A stretch of 64,000 nt of DNA from Histomonas meleagridis 2922-C6/04-290x (taxonomy: Eukaryota > Protista > Parabasalia): positions 1 through 64,000 of the forward strand of contig JAANOX010000088.1 of NCBI GenBank assembly GCA_020184695.1. Direction: 5' to 3'. Position 1 is the first letter of the stretch. Each line of letters begins with the position of its first letter. Below the pieces are notes generated by a model, which saw nothing but the letters and a program-made list of their open reading frames with translations, was not told the DNA's origin and did not search any database. Of the stretch, positions 11,210 through 23,045 are shown one piece after another. The translations under genes and the position numbers were made by a program.

Positions 11210-11540
11210 CTGATTTTATTGATTATATTTTTTGGTAATACAAAGCAATCATATGACGAAGAGACAAAAACACTCACAATATCTGATTTCAATGATTATT
11301 CAAATGATTACAAGAATATTACTGAGCACGTTATAATTAATAATGTTGGAGAGATTGAAAGTGATACATTCAGAGAATGGCCTTTATTAACAGCAGTAAT
11401 AATTGGAGAAACAAACAACGAAAACAAAATCGTTGTCAAATGTAAATAATAATACGTCATCGAATACGGGAGGAAATCACGAAGAAGTGAACAATGAATT
11501 TAATAGTTTGATAAAGGAAGATGAGGACCAATGGATTTGA
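11210..11540 (+). pseudogene. Internally deleted BspA-like remnant (N-terminus fused out of frame to a cytosolic tail)
   Basis: 11211-11413 is about 90% identical by eye to 14156-14358. After ATTGGAGAAACA the sequence switches to a frame reading KQTTKTKSLSNVNNNTSSNTGGNHEEVNNEFNSLIKEDEDQWI*. Confidence 0.75.
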
Positions 11541-12449
11541 CAATGTGATAAATAATCGATATGTAATAAAATATTTTTATGTTTTTGTTAATCATTACTT
11601 ATTGTGAAAAGAAATTTGTTTTACATAAAAAGAATCAGAAGCAACGCTCATTAAACAACAATAACACTCAGTTTTATAATAATAAAATCTTATCACATGC
11701 ATAATTTATTCAATAAATTTTATATTAAATCAGTTTTAAAATTTGTAAACATAATTTTTATATGCAAAATATTTTTCTGAGAACAACTATGGTGATATAC
11801 ATTATAAGTTATTTCATATTAACTTAACAATTTTAACATGGAATTAAAATACATATTTTCAATGCAGAATGAGTTATTGTGCTACATCAAAATTTTTTAA
11901 ATTTATTGATAAATTTAAAATATTTCAATATATTTTAAATGGTAAAAGATATGGATATACTTTACTTCAAACAATCATACATATAAAAATTCGAAACTTA
12001 TGATAACTTTATTTATTATATATGTTAATAATATCAAAATAATACTAACATTCAGAAAATATATTTATGCCAAAAAAGCCAACTATTTCCATATATTAGG
12101 CCACAAAATTTAGTAAGTTGGAGAAAAGATATTTTTAATTATACCCTCAAAAAGGTGGACCTCTTCCCAAAAGAATTCAAGAAATGAATATGATTTTTTT
12201 TTTTTCTAAAAGAAAATGAATCATTTTATTCTTTGTTAATTTTACTTGTAAGTGAACATGAACACATAAATTTGTAATAAATTCGAAATCAAGCTTTCAA
12301 CTTGTTATTCTCAGAATGAATTTTTGTAAATTATTTTGAGTTACCAAAATATACTATATACTAATAGGTGAGTTTAAATTTTTTTGTGAAATTAACATAT
12401 TTTCTAAAATAAAAAGGAAAAATAAATTTTTACAAAACGACCGTTTATT

Positions 12450-12516
12450 ACCAGATGAACAACAATAAAATGCAGAATCTCCAATTGTTATTACATTTTC
12501 TCCAATGACTGCTGCT
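12450..12516 (-). pseudogene. Isolated single BspA LRR fragment
   Basis: The reverse strand reads AAVIGENVITIGDSAFYCCSSG, a typical TpLRR unit, with unrelated flanks. Confidence 0.55.
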
Positions 12517-14154
12517 TATAAATGGATCTAAATTTTGTTATTTTTCTTATATTAAATTTGTTTTCATATCTTTAAGCAATTAATTTTTTTAACATACTTT
12601 AATTCGACCTGAGTCATCGTATATCGCACCCCCGATGAATTTCCCCTCCTGATTAAGGTTTATGACCCCTTGTGTCAAATCACTTTCAACTTTATGAAAT
12701 TCTAAGATATTAAATTTATTTCAATGCCATTTTGTACCAAAACAATTTCTCTATTCAACTATTTGAAGACAGGCATTCAAATGCAACTTCTACAAAATGA
12801 TATTAAAATTTTAAAGTATTTGTTTTAAAAAAGGAAATTAATTGTTGTTGCCTTGTTTCTGTCGGTAGTGTAAAGGCATGAAACACTGATAAAACTTGGA
12901 TTAACCTTATTAAATACTTGGAATAGCTTAAGAATACCAAGGATGATAAGCGTTTGTTAAAATAATCAAATAGCTTATAAATCTAAATAAAAAAAATCAT
13001 TTTTTTTGTTGTTGTTCATTTATCGAGAAAATATATTTGTTTTTTCTTTTTGAATAAATCGATTTGTTTTGACATATAATTCGCTTCTAAGATACATCTG
13101 GATACAAGAAAGGAGCTGTCATCAAAAAACAACAAGAATTTTTTAAAAAAAAAATGTTCATTGTTTATGAAGATAATTTCTGTGAAAATATTTTTGAATG
13201 AATTAGATTTTAATTTGACTGTAAAAGGCAGCTAGATTTTGAAATAATTGAAATGACTATATAGAAAAGTTGAAAATTTTATTTGAAAGCTCGGTATTGA
13301 ATTATTGTCGTATTGAGTGATTTTGATCGTTTTGCGTGTAAAATTGATATGAAAACAATAATATTTTGTATCAAGTTAAAAGCAAAAATGAGAAGAGAAC
13401 ATTATCATCTCACTTATCATTGTTTATGACTCGTATCGATTAAATTTTTGATGACAATTTCAATTTCAGATGAAAAACAATAGGTTTCATACATTTTTGA
13501 TGAAAATTTGAAGGTTTTTTGTTTGAGTTAAAATCAAGAATATATCTTCCAATTCCAATCATCAAATTGATGAAAAAATATGAAATATATCTATTAATGA
13601 CTTACAGCATTCGTTGTTTTATTGATGTTATTTCCAACACATTTCATGATTAAAATATTTTTCATAAAAATATAAAATATATAAATTTCAAAAACAAAAA
13701 TGAAACAGCAAATCAACAGATCCATAACGAATATCCTCATTATCTGTTCAATAATAACAAAAATCATTCAAATAACAAAATTTTATTTTTCTCATATGAA
13801 AAGATTCATAAAATAAGTTATAAATATTATCATTTATTAAGTCACTTATTTACAAATTTATTTGCTATCTTTAAAAAATGTTTCGAATTAACTTCTTCTT
13901 CTTCTAAATTTAAAAATCACTTTATTTATTCTTTGAAGAAAATTCTATTTTATTTTGATATTCATATAATCAATAAAGTCAAAATATTTTATATTTTATT
14001 TAGTAATTTCTTTTGTATCATAAATAAATCAACAATTAACAATTTATATATTAATTCATTTGTAATTATATTTAATATTCTTTTTCAATTTATTAAATAT
14101 TTTTATAAAAGTTATTTAATTTATGATAAAAATAAACAAAATTTCAAAATATTT

Positions 14155-15676
14155 TTGATTTTATTGATTATATTTTTTGTTAATACAAAGCAATCATATG
14201 ACGAAGAGACAAAAACACTCACAATATCTGATTTCAATGATTATTCAAAAGATTATATGAATGTTACAGAACGTGTTATAATTATTAATGTTGGCGAGAT
14301 TGAAAGTAATGCATTCAGAGAATGGCCTTTATTAACAACAGTAATAATTGGAGAAACAGTTGGAAATATCGGTAGTAGAGCATTTGCATCATGTAAACAA
14401 TTAAAATATGTCCAATTTCCAGATAAATTAATGAGTGGAATTGGAGGTGGTGCATTTTATGGATGTATTTCATTAAATAACATTACAATTCGTTGTAATA
14501 GCATTGGTGATAATGCATTTTATAAATGTACAGGACTTGAAACGATAACTTTATATGAAGGCGTACGAAGTATTGGATCTGATGCATTCAGAGGATGTAC
14601 AAGCCTTATGAATATTTATATACCAAGTTCAGTTACTTCGATTGGAAATCCATTTTTAGAATGTACGAAACTTCAATTTATTAATGTTTCAGAAGAAAAT
14701 ATTGGATATTCGAATTATGAAAACGATGGTGTTTTATATAATAAAGAAATTACATATATTATTAGTTATCCTAATATGAAAAGTAAAACATTTACAATTC
14801 CTAATTCAGTCATTTCTATTATGAATTATTCTTTTGCTTATTGTAATAATTTAGAAACAATTTTTATTGGTGAAAATGTTCAATATATTAATTCATGCGC
14901 ATTTACTAATTGTACATCACTTCAATGTATTCATTTTCATGGAAATATTTCACCAGAAATACAAAATGATGCATTTGTTAATATAAATGCGACAAGAGTT
15001 ATGACAATAGAAACATATCAAAATGAAACATTTGGAAATATGGAAATTACTAAGGGAACAACACTTGACGAATGTATCCCGCCAACGCACACATTCACAT
15101 ACACACAAAGTGATACATTCACTAAGTCGAACACGTTCACTGCATCAATTGCTCATTCATCTGATTTAACTTTATCTTTAACACATTCGTTCACTTTAAC
15201 ACACTCATTATCTATTACACATTCGATTACATTTTATAGTAAATATATAAATACAATTTCATTGTTAACATTTGAATCCACTTATAGTTATATATCGACA
15301 AATGTCATTTATTACGATTACACTGTTATATATTATTCGTCTTATTATAGTTATTATTCTGACTTTTTACACATTAGTTGTCACTGATTATGATAATACA
15401 GCAAAAGATAATTCGATATCAAATGAATTGTTAATTGGTTTTATATGCGGCGCTATTGTGATAGTTTTGGTAATTGCCGGAATTGTAATATTTATGATTA
15501 AATATCAAAATAAGAAGCGAAAACAAAATGAAGAAGAAATGAATAATTCAGATGAAAACAATGATAAAATTAATGAAATCAATAATACATTTTCAGTTGG
15601 TATTAATAATTCAAATATTGAAGAAGATCCATTTGCAGACGATTTCAAAGAAGAAAAATTTATAAGTCAGATATAA
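14155..15676 (+). pseudogene. BspA-like surface protein gene with missing ATG and a +1 frameshift (pseudogene or sequencing error)
   Basis: TTG-start hydrophobic leader, ~9 LRRs and a Thr/Ser/Tyr stalk (ORF 13933-15387). The TM helix LLIGFICGAIVIVLVIAGIVIFMI and the tail EEDPFADDFKEE lie in another frame (15272-15676). Removing one T from the T5 run at 15364-15368 joins them. Confidence 0.8.
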
Positions 15677-15830
15677 ATAAACATAATTTATGAACAAAAT
15701 ATTTTTATTTGTTTATTAATTTAATAAATACAAACATTTTTGTTATTTGGCAAATTATGTTTCCTTCTATTATATTTGAGATGTTTAAAAAATAAACCAT
15801 TGAAGTTCCTCTGAAAGCACCTTGTGTAAA

Positions 15831-18800
15831 ATGACAAGAAGAATTTCAACATCACTTCTCACGAAACAAGAAGATGTAGCTTTAATTGAGATGTTAACGA
15901 AGTTTGTTGGAATTCATTTTCATCTGGAAGAAATTGACCCTAAATTTAAAATCTATATATCAAAATATCCCTCACTCGAAAGAAACCAAATTACCAATGT
16001 AATATCATCCCTTATTGATGGTGTACCATATGTGAAAGCACTCAAATCAATTTCAAGTTTATTTAAATTTGACCAATATTTTTTTTCTAATTTTGTTAAA
16101 AATTTTCAAAACGCCAAAACTCTTCCAAAAGAAGGTTTACTTTTTCTTTATTATGTTGTCATTTCATGGATTTCAACAGAAGATTTGACTGAGATAGTTC
16201 ATAACTTTCAATCAATAGTTGAAATGATTGATAATTTTTTTCACAGAGCAAATTCCACGCATTATATTTATAGTGTTAACTTTGTAATTTCACATTTTTT
16301 AGATTTTGGTCAATCAAAATTTCCATCAGATTTAATTTCTATTTTATTTGTAGATCAATTTGATGTTTTATTTTTTGACATAGTTTCTTCAGTTTTAAGT
16401 AATTTATTTATGTTTCAAGATATTAATTCTGCTAATTCATTAATCAAATTATTAAGTAAACGTATCCATCAAAATTCAGAACTTTATTCCAAAAATGACT
16501 TTCAATTTATTGCAAGTACAATTTTTCAACGATTATATGATTTTGATGTCATAGCATTTGATTTAATATCTGCATTAGCATCGACAAAAATAGATAAAAG
16601 TATCAAAGAAGTATTTTATGATTTACCCAAATTATATCAATCACGAATCGAACCAAATGTGATTACATCTAAAGGATATCCAAATATTGTTGAATCAAAA
16701 ATCTCTATTTTAGATACCTCCAAACTTGTTGGATTTTCAGTTCATAATGGTAATACTGCAACTGATAATCAAACAAATGATTTAGTAGCACCATCGATAT
16801 CAGAGTTTCAAACCAATTTAACTTTTGATGATTTAATTAGTGCGACACAAATTAAATATTTAAAACAAATCATTGATTTACTGAATAATGTTTCCAACGA
16901 ATATATTTCAATATTTTTAAATGGATTTAATGAAATTATACACAGTTCAATTGATTTATATGTTTCATATTTATATATATTATATTATATCAAAGAATTA
17001 AAAATGAACAATAATTTATTTAAAACAATTGTTACTAACGAAGTATTTAAACCTGGAATATCGATATTTAACAAATGTGAAAACTTCGATTTAATTGCAT
17101 TTTTACGAAATATCATTTTAGAAATATTAACAAATTCGAATCCGCCATTTGTTGGTAATTTATTACAAACTTTATCACGTTCTCCATTTTTATTTTCGGA
17201 AATTATTGGCCGAATATATTCCAAACTTTCTGATTATGATTTAATATCATTAACAGATGAACCGACACTTGATGCATTTGTACATACATTAAGTTTTTTA
17301 AGTAATTTATATATTAACGCTGATCAAGATGTCCTTCCAATAATTCATGAAGCAAGATCAACATTATTTGTATTTATATTTGCGATATTTGAAAATCGAT
17401 CAATAGCAATTCGATGTTTTTCATCATCTGTTTTTACGAATATATTTTTATCGAAAGTTTTAGATCCAACTTTAAACACAGTAATTGTTTCATTATTTCA
17501 ACAATTTTTAATCAGATTTAAAGGAGATGATTTAACGATATTAAAGCCTACAATAGAATTCGTTTCAACTTTAATAAATGTTTGTAATGGAATGAAACCA
17601 GAAGAAGATCCCGATTCAATAGCTTATGATTTATTAAAATGTATAAATGAATCAATGACTCATAATCAATATCTAACTATAATGTTTGAACAATTAGTAC
17701 CTTCTGTTATTAAATTTAATACAAAACATCCATCGAATTTAGTTATGGAACAAACACTTCAATTGTTTTCGAAGTTATTAATTTCATTGCCAAATTTTTC
17801 TATGGATAATATACAAATTGCAAAAATTAGTAAATCAATAAAATTAATTGATGGAAAAGTTCCATCTGAATCAACATTATCTGAATTAATAGCAATGTTA
17901 GCAAGAAGTCGATCTGTTAATGTTTCGACTTCTTTTTTAATTAATGTTCCGAATATTATTTTAATTTTATTTAGTATAATTCAAACTAAAGAATTATCAA
18001 ATCGATATTTAAAGATATTTTTATCATTATGTTCACTTTCAGCTTATAATTGTATTCAATGTAATAAAGGGGAATTAGATATAATATTAATTAAATATTT
18101 ACAAAACAATTCGAAACCTTTTATATTCAGGAAATGTGAATTTGTATTAAAAATCTCAAAAAAAGATATAAACGAATTATTATTTCCTATTTTATCATTA
18201 ATATTACGATTTAAATGTTCATCACAAATTACATCGAATTTAATATCATTATTAATACCAATTAATAAAACATTTAACAAATATTCATTTAATATATTAA
18301 ATATAATAAGTTCATTAACAAGTTGTATTTCTCATGACCCTAAAATATCGATACCTTTAGGTTATACTGATCAAATTATTACTGTTAATGGTATAACTAA
18401 TTTACATTTAATTGGTGGATTTACTTTCCAATGTTCATTATTATTAGATACAATTCATTCAATAATAAACCCAATGAAGTTATTAATATTACAAATATCT
18501 GATAATATAACAAAAATACAATTTTATGTACAAGGTAAATCTATAATTTGTAGAATTCTTACTTCTGATGGTTTATCATTTGCACCTTTAAATTCGAATT
18601 TCCCAAGTTGTCAATGGACTAATGTAACAATCATTATAACAAATTATGAAGAAGGCCATTCAACAGTATCATTTATACATGGAGAACAAAATCCAATTTC
18701 ATTAAATCTTAATTTACCTATGTTTAAAGAAGGGAATTTAAATATAACTATTGGAGGTTTAGCTGAAGATAATAATAATATTGATAATATACCAATATGT

Positions 18801-21800
18801 TATTTAGGTTCATTTCGATTTTTTAATCAAGCATTTAATATAAAGGAATTATCAGAAATGACAAATTTATTAGGAAGTCGATTAAGTGAATATGGAATGA
18901 CTTTACCATTATTTTGTTTTCCTTCTTTATTTTCACCTTTGACAAATAATATTATTTTGGAATTACCAAAACGAAGAATACATGTAAATGAAAATTTACT
19001 TGATATGTTTAGTAATTATTATATTATCAAGTTAATTATACCATTGTTTTTATATATAGATTATATGCCAAATCTTTTTCCTGAACTTTTAATTGAGTTT
19101 TTATTATGTGTTATTAATTCGACTTTAATAACTAAAGAAATTATTGAGTTATTTCCTATCATTGGTTATATGTTATATTTATGTCCTTCAAAGAAATTAA
19201 ATTATTCATTGTATATGAAACTTTTTGGTTTTTTAGAGATATTAGAAGAGCCGAATTTAATATCATCGATATTAATCAATATAATATTTAATTTCGAAAT
19301 TTGGATATCAATTGATTCATTAAGTTTATTACGAATTTTAAACCATTTTTCACAATATATATTTACTATTTGTCCAATTATATTTTCGAAATGTTTTCCT
19401 TTTTCGAAACAACTTTCATTAATTCGAATATATTTTTGGTATGAACCAATCGAAACAGAACTAATTAAAGGTGGACCTAACTCATTACGACCTCGAGCTA
19501 AAGATTTAGATATAGTTACATGTCGACAACATCTTGATAATATATTATTTAATACTATTAGTTTATCATTTACTGAGAAAGATGCATTAACATTAATGTC
19601 TCATTGTATATCATGTTCTGATTCACAACAAATTATTTCATTTTTATCATTTTTCATTAATATATTAAATGATATAACTTTTAATTTCCAAATTCCTTTA
19701 TATATAAATCAATTATTATATCATCAATTTAAGCCACAAAATGAACTTCGTTTTATAATATCATTAAAGTTATTATATAAATTATCGGGTAATTACTTTT
19801 ATCAACATTTATTTGTTGTTATGCAATCAATGAATGAATATTATTATACTGAAGAATTATTAAAACAAACTTTACATATATTAAATGAATATCCAAAGAT
19901 ATATCCAATTTGTTGTTTAATATCAAGTAATTTATCTAAAGATCGAATGAAAGAAGTATCAATTAAATTATCAAATTTAATTTTAGATGAGAATTTAATC
20001 GATGAAATTATTCATGATGAATTATGGCCAATATGGCCAATGGTATTAATTATTAATGATATAGAGAATTATAAATATATTTCGAAGTTTTTATTAAATA
20101 TTTGTGTATCAAAAAATAATTTTAATATAATCGATATAGTATTAAATTTATTTGATATGTTTTCAGCTGTTACTAATTGGGAATTCGAAGATTTATCAAT
20201 TGATTTCTTAGTTAATATTGGAAATTATTATTATAATAATGAAAAGTTAAAAGAAAATTTTGATTTTCAAATTGGTTTAATTTTACGTTTTATTAAGTCA
20301 TTATTCTTTTATGTTAATACTTATGAAGAAACAGCTTTTAATGTTTTATATAAAAAATCGATTTTTTATAATGAAAACATTCGAAATGATTTTATTGTGA
20401 AAAAATATCCAAAAATTAAATCAATTAATAATATCATTAAATTATTTGAAGAAAATCAAAAAGATTTTAAATTCGGATTTTTATTAAATTCACAAAGAGA
20501 ACCTTTAAAGTCACATTTGTTCTCATTAACATTACAATATATGAATAATCCTTTATTACCTACATCTTCAACAATTACATTTTGGAAGAATTATTTCACG
20601 AATTTATTAGATAGATCAAATAGTTCATATAAGAATTCATTAGAATTACAATTCGAATCTTCAAAATTTTATGAACATTTCTCTGATGTCAATTATAAAA
20701 GACAAAAAATGATAAAAGAATTAATTAAAAATCAAATCATTAAATCAAATGAATATTCATATAAATCGATGTTATTAATTAGTGAGAAATCAATTGCTAT
20801 TTCTACTGAAAACATTGATTCTTTATCAATTAATATCGAACATAATAAAATATATAATAAATATTCATTACATAAATTATTACAAAATGAATTTAATGAA
20901 TGTTCGCCATGGATTAATAATATTACAGAATTTAATAATTATATTTATGAAAAATCTTTTATATATTGTTCTGAACATACTCAACCAATCATTAAACGAA
21001 AATTCGTATTCGAAAATAATGAAAAATTTACAAATATCATCGAACAAAAGAATTCATTTTTTTGCGTTTTAATTAAAATCAAAAAAGAAGTTAATGTAAT
21101 TTGCGTTTTTAAAAAAAAGGGTTTTGATATTATCCAAAATAATAAATCAAATTATATCGAATTTAAAGAAATTAAAAGAATTTTATTAAGAGATCGATTT
21201 CATACGAAATCTTCAATCGAATTATTCTTAAAAAATGGAAAATCGATTTTATTGGATTTTCATCCAATGAAATCAAATCAAATTTTGCAGTATTTCGATA
21301 CGATAAATCTTGTACAAAACGTTCCTTCAAATCAATTCTTCCAACAATTAAATTATACTCAAAAATGGATAAATGGAAAAATGTCAAATTTCAAATATTT
21401 AATGTTATTAAACGAATTCAGTGGGAGATCGTTTAACGATATGACATCGTATCCAATTTTTCCATGGATTATTTCGGATTTTACAACAGAAAAATTCAAT
21501 GAAATCAAATTCAGAGATTTATCGTTTCCGTTGATTTCAATGAATAACTCGAAAAGTGTCAAGTTCATTAGATTTGTAGCTCCTTCAAATCCAACTTCTT
21601 TATCTTATTTACTTGGAAAATTAAAACCGTTTGATTCAATACCAAATGATACAAAAATCGAAAACTTAATACCAAAAACAGAATTTAATTCAATGCAAGA
21701 ATTATATGATTATATTATTGGTAAAGATTCTTCAAATTGTTGGGAGCTCACACCTGAATTTTACTTTTGCCCTGATATTTTTGATGATAACTTTCAATTA

Positions 21801-22970
21801 CCAAAATGGAGCAAAACAAAATTTGAATTTATTTATTTATGTAGAAAAGCACTTGAAAGCGATGAAATATCTCGTAACTTACATAAATGGATTGATTTAA
21901 TATTCGGTAATAAAACTAAAGGAAGAAAATCAATTGAACATTTTAATGTATTTAATCCAACATTATTTGAAAATTCCGAAGATAATGATAAAACAAGTTT
22001 ACGAAAAACAGGTCATATGCCAACAACTCTTTTTACACAATCACATCCACCAAAAAAAGTATTTTCATTTGTTCCATCATTCAAAACTCCAATTGTTGCC
22101 ACTACGGAATTGAAAGGAATTGTTTTTGCCAGTATTACTTCACATTCCGTCACCTCACTTCACTTTGTTACAATTTTATCTGATAATTCTGTTATAGTAT
22201 ATCGAAATGATTTTATTAACAAAGTAAATTCAAATCAACAAACAATTGGTACAATAACGATTTTAGAAACTACACATTTATGTAAAATCCAAAAAGGAAT
22301 TATTGGAATTAATGAAATTTCAGGATTTACTACAATAATTAAAGAAAAGAACATAACAAATATCGAATATACTTCGAATAATATAAAATATATTTCATCA
22401 CAAGATTCATATATAGTAATTTCAGGGTTAAATGGAGAAATCAAAGGATTTATCGATAATAATTTTAATGAATTACATATTTTCTGTAACAATTACATTG
22501 ATAATATTTCATGTTTAAGTATTAGTAAAAAGTTTAAAGTTATAATCTTCGGAACAATTGAAGAACAAATTATAATATATTCGATACCAAATCATCGCTA
22601 TCTAAAAACTATTTATGTAAGAGAAACACCGAAAAATATTTTAATTACAAAATCATTTGGAATTATTTTGATCGAAACAAATAATTTTTTGTATTTGTTC
22701 GATATAAATGGAAAAATATTAAATGAAATTAATGTTAAGAAATTAAATATAACGAAATGGATAACGTGGAAAGACTTAAAAGGTTTCGACTTCGTGGCAA
22801 TTGTACGAAATGGAAAATTGTTCATGTTCGAAGTAATGTTTCCGAATTTGGAAAAAATGTTTTATAACTGCGGATGCGAAGTATTGGAAATAGAATACTT
22901 GGAAAGTATGAACGCGGTGGCAATGATAACGAAAGACGGAAAGATTCACCTCGTGCCTTGTGTGTTATAA
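15831..22970 (+). CDS. BEACH-domain protein (Neurobeachin/LYST-like; ConA-like, PH, BEACH, WD40)
   Basis: QKWINGKMSNFKYLMLLNEFSGRSFNDMTSYPIFPW, FRDLSFP, WELTPEFYF and NLHKWIDLIFG motifs, then WD-like repeats; first ATG at 15831. Confidence 0.92.
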   Translation: MTRRISTSLLTKQEDVALIEMLTKFVGIHFHLEEIDPKFKIYISKYPSLERNQITNVISSLIDGVPYVKALKSISSLFKFDQYFFSNFVKNFQNAKTLPKEGLLFLYYVVISWISTEDLTEIVHNFQSIVEMIDNFFHRANSTHYIYSVNFVISHFLDFGQSKFPSDLISILFVDQFDVLFFDIVSSVLSNLFMFQDINSANSLIKLLSKRIHQNSELYSKNDFQFIASTIFQRLYDFDVIAFDLISALASTKIDKSIKEVFYDLPKLYQSRIEPNVITSKGYPNIVESKISILDTSKLVGFSVHNGNTATDNQTNDLVAPSISEFQTNLTFDDLISATQIKYLKQIIDLLNNVSNEYISIFLNGFNEIIHSSIDLYVSYLYILYYIKELKMNNNLFKTIVTNEVFKPGISIFNKCENFDLIAFLRNIILEILTNSNPPFVGNLLQTLSRSPFLFSEIIGRIYSKLSDYDLISLTDEPTLDAFVHTLSFLSNLYINADQDVLPIIHEARSTLFVFIFAIFENRSIAIRCFSSSVFTNIFLSKVLDPTLNTVIVSLFQQFLIRFKGDDLTILKPTIEFVSTLINVCNGMKPEEDPDSIAYDLLKCINESMTHNQYLTIMFEQLVPSVIKFNTKHPSNLVMEQTLQLFSKLLISLPNFSMDNIQIAKISKSIKLIDGKVPSESTLSELIAMLARSRSVNVSTSFLINVPNIILILFSIIQTKELSNRYLKIFLSLCSLSAYNCIQCNKGELDIILIKYLQNNSKPFIFRKCEFVLKISKKDINELLFPILSLILRFKCSSQITSNLISLLIPINKTFNKYSFNILNIISSLTSCISHDPKISIPLGYTDQIITVNGITNLHLIGGFTFQCSLLLDTIHSIINPMKLLILQISDNITKIQFYVQGKSIICRILTSDGLSFAPLNSNFPSCQWTNVTIIITNYEEGHSTVSFIHGEQNPISLNLNLPMFKEGNLNITIGGLAEDNNNIDNIPICYLGSFRFFNQAFNIKELSEMTNLLGSRLSEYGMTLPLFCFPSLFSPLTNNIILELPKRRIHVNENLLDMFSNYYIIKLIIPLFLYIDYMPNLFPELLIEFLLCVINSTLITKEIIELFPIIGYMLYLCPSKKLNYSLYMKLFGFLEILEEPNLISSILINIIFNFEIWISIDSLSLLRILNHFSQYIFTICPIIFSKCFPFSKQLSLIRIYFWYEPIETELIKGGPNSLRPRAKDLDIVTCRQHLDNILFNTISLSFTEKDALTLMSHCISCSDSQQIISFLSFFINILNDITFNFQIPLYINQLLYHQFKPQNELRFIISLKLLYKLSGNYFYQHLFVVMQSMNEYYYTEELLKQTLHILNEYPKIYPICCLISSNLSKDRMKEVSIKLSNLILDENLIDEIIHDELWPIWPMVLIINDIENYKYISKFLLNICVSKNNFNIIDIVLNLFDMFSAVTNWEFEDLSIDFLVNIGNYYYNNEKLKENFDFQIGLILRFIKSLFFYVNTYEETAFNVLYKKSIFYNENIRNDFIVKKYPKIKSINNIIKLFEENQKDFKFGFLLNSQREPLKSHLFSLTLQYMNNPLLPTSSTITFWKNYFTNLLDRSNSSYKNSLELQFESSKFYEHFSDVNYKRQKMIKELIKNQIIKSNEYSYKSMLLISEKSIAISTENIDSLSINIEHNKIYNKYSLHKLLQNEFNECSPWINNITEFNNYIYEKSFIYCSEHTQPIIKRKFVFENNEKFTNIIEQKNSFFCVLIKIKKEVNVICVFKKKGFDIIQNNKSNYIEFKEIKRILLRDRFHTKSSIELFLKNGKSILLDFHPMKSNQILQYFDTINLVQNVPSNQFFQQLNYTQKWINGKMSNFKYLMLLNEFSGRSFNDMTSYPIFPWIISDFTTEKFNEIKFRDLSFPLISMNNSKSVKFIRFVAPSNPTSLSYLLGKLKPFDSIPNDTKIENLIPKTEFNSMQELYDYIIGKDSSNCWELTPEFYFCPDIFDDNFQLPKWSKTKFEFIYLCRKALESDEISRNLHKWIDLIFGNKTKGRKSIEHFNVFNPTLFENSEDNDKTSLRKTGHMPTTLFTQSHPPKKVFSFVPSFKTPIVATTELKGIVFASITSHSVTSLHFVTILSDNSVIVYRNDFINKVNSNQQTIGTITILETTHLCKIQKGIIGINEISGFTTIIKEKNITNIEYTSNNIKYISSQDSYIVISGLNGEIKGFIDNNFNELHIFCNNYIDNISCLSISKKFKVIIFGTIEEQIIIYSIPNHRYLKTIYVRETPKNILITKSFGIILIETNNFLYLFDINGKILNEINVKKLNITKWITWKDLKGFDFVAIVRNGKLFMFEVMFPNLEKMFYNCGCEVLEIEYLESMNAVAMITKDGKIHLVPCVL

Positions 22971-23045
22971 TAAATAGAATTTTGGTTAAATTTTATGAAA
23001 AAGAAATTTAATGTGAAAATGAATTCTTGAAATTGTAATATTGAA

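Noticed and set aside
13933-14154. Long hydrophobic N-terminal extension of the BspA ORF (also 11042-11209)
   Set aside because: AT-rich Ile/Phe/Asn-coding background starting at TTG or an isolated ATG; homology between the paralogs begins only at 14155/11210.
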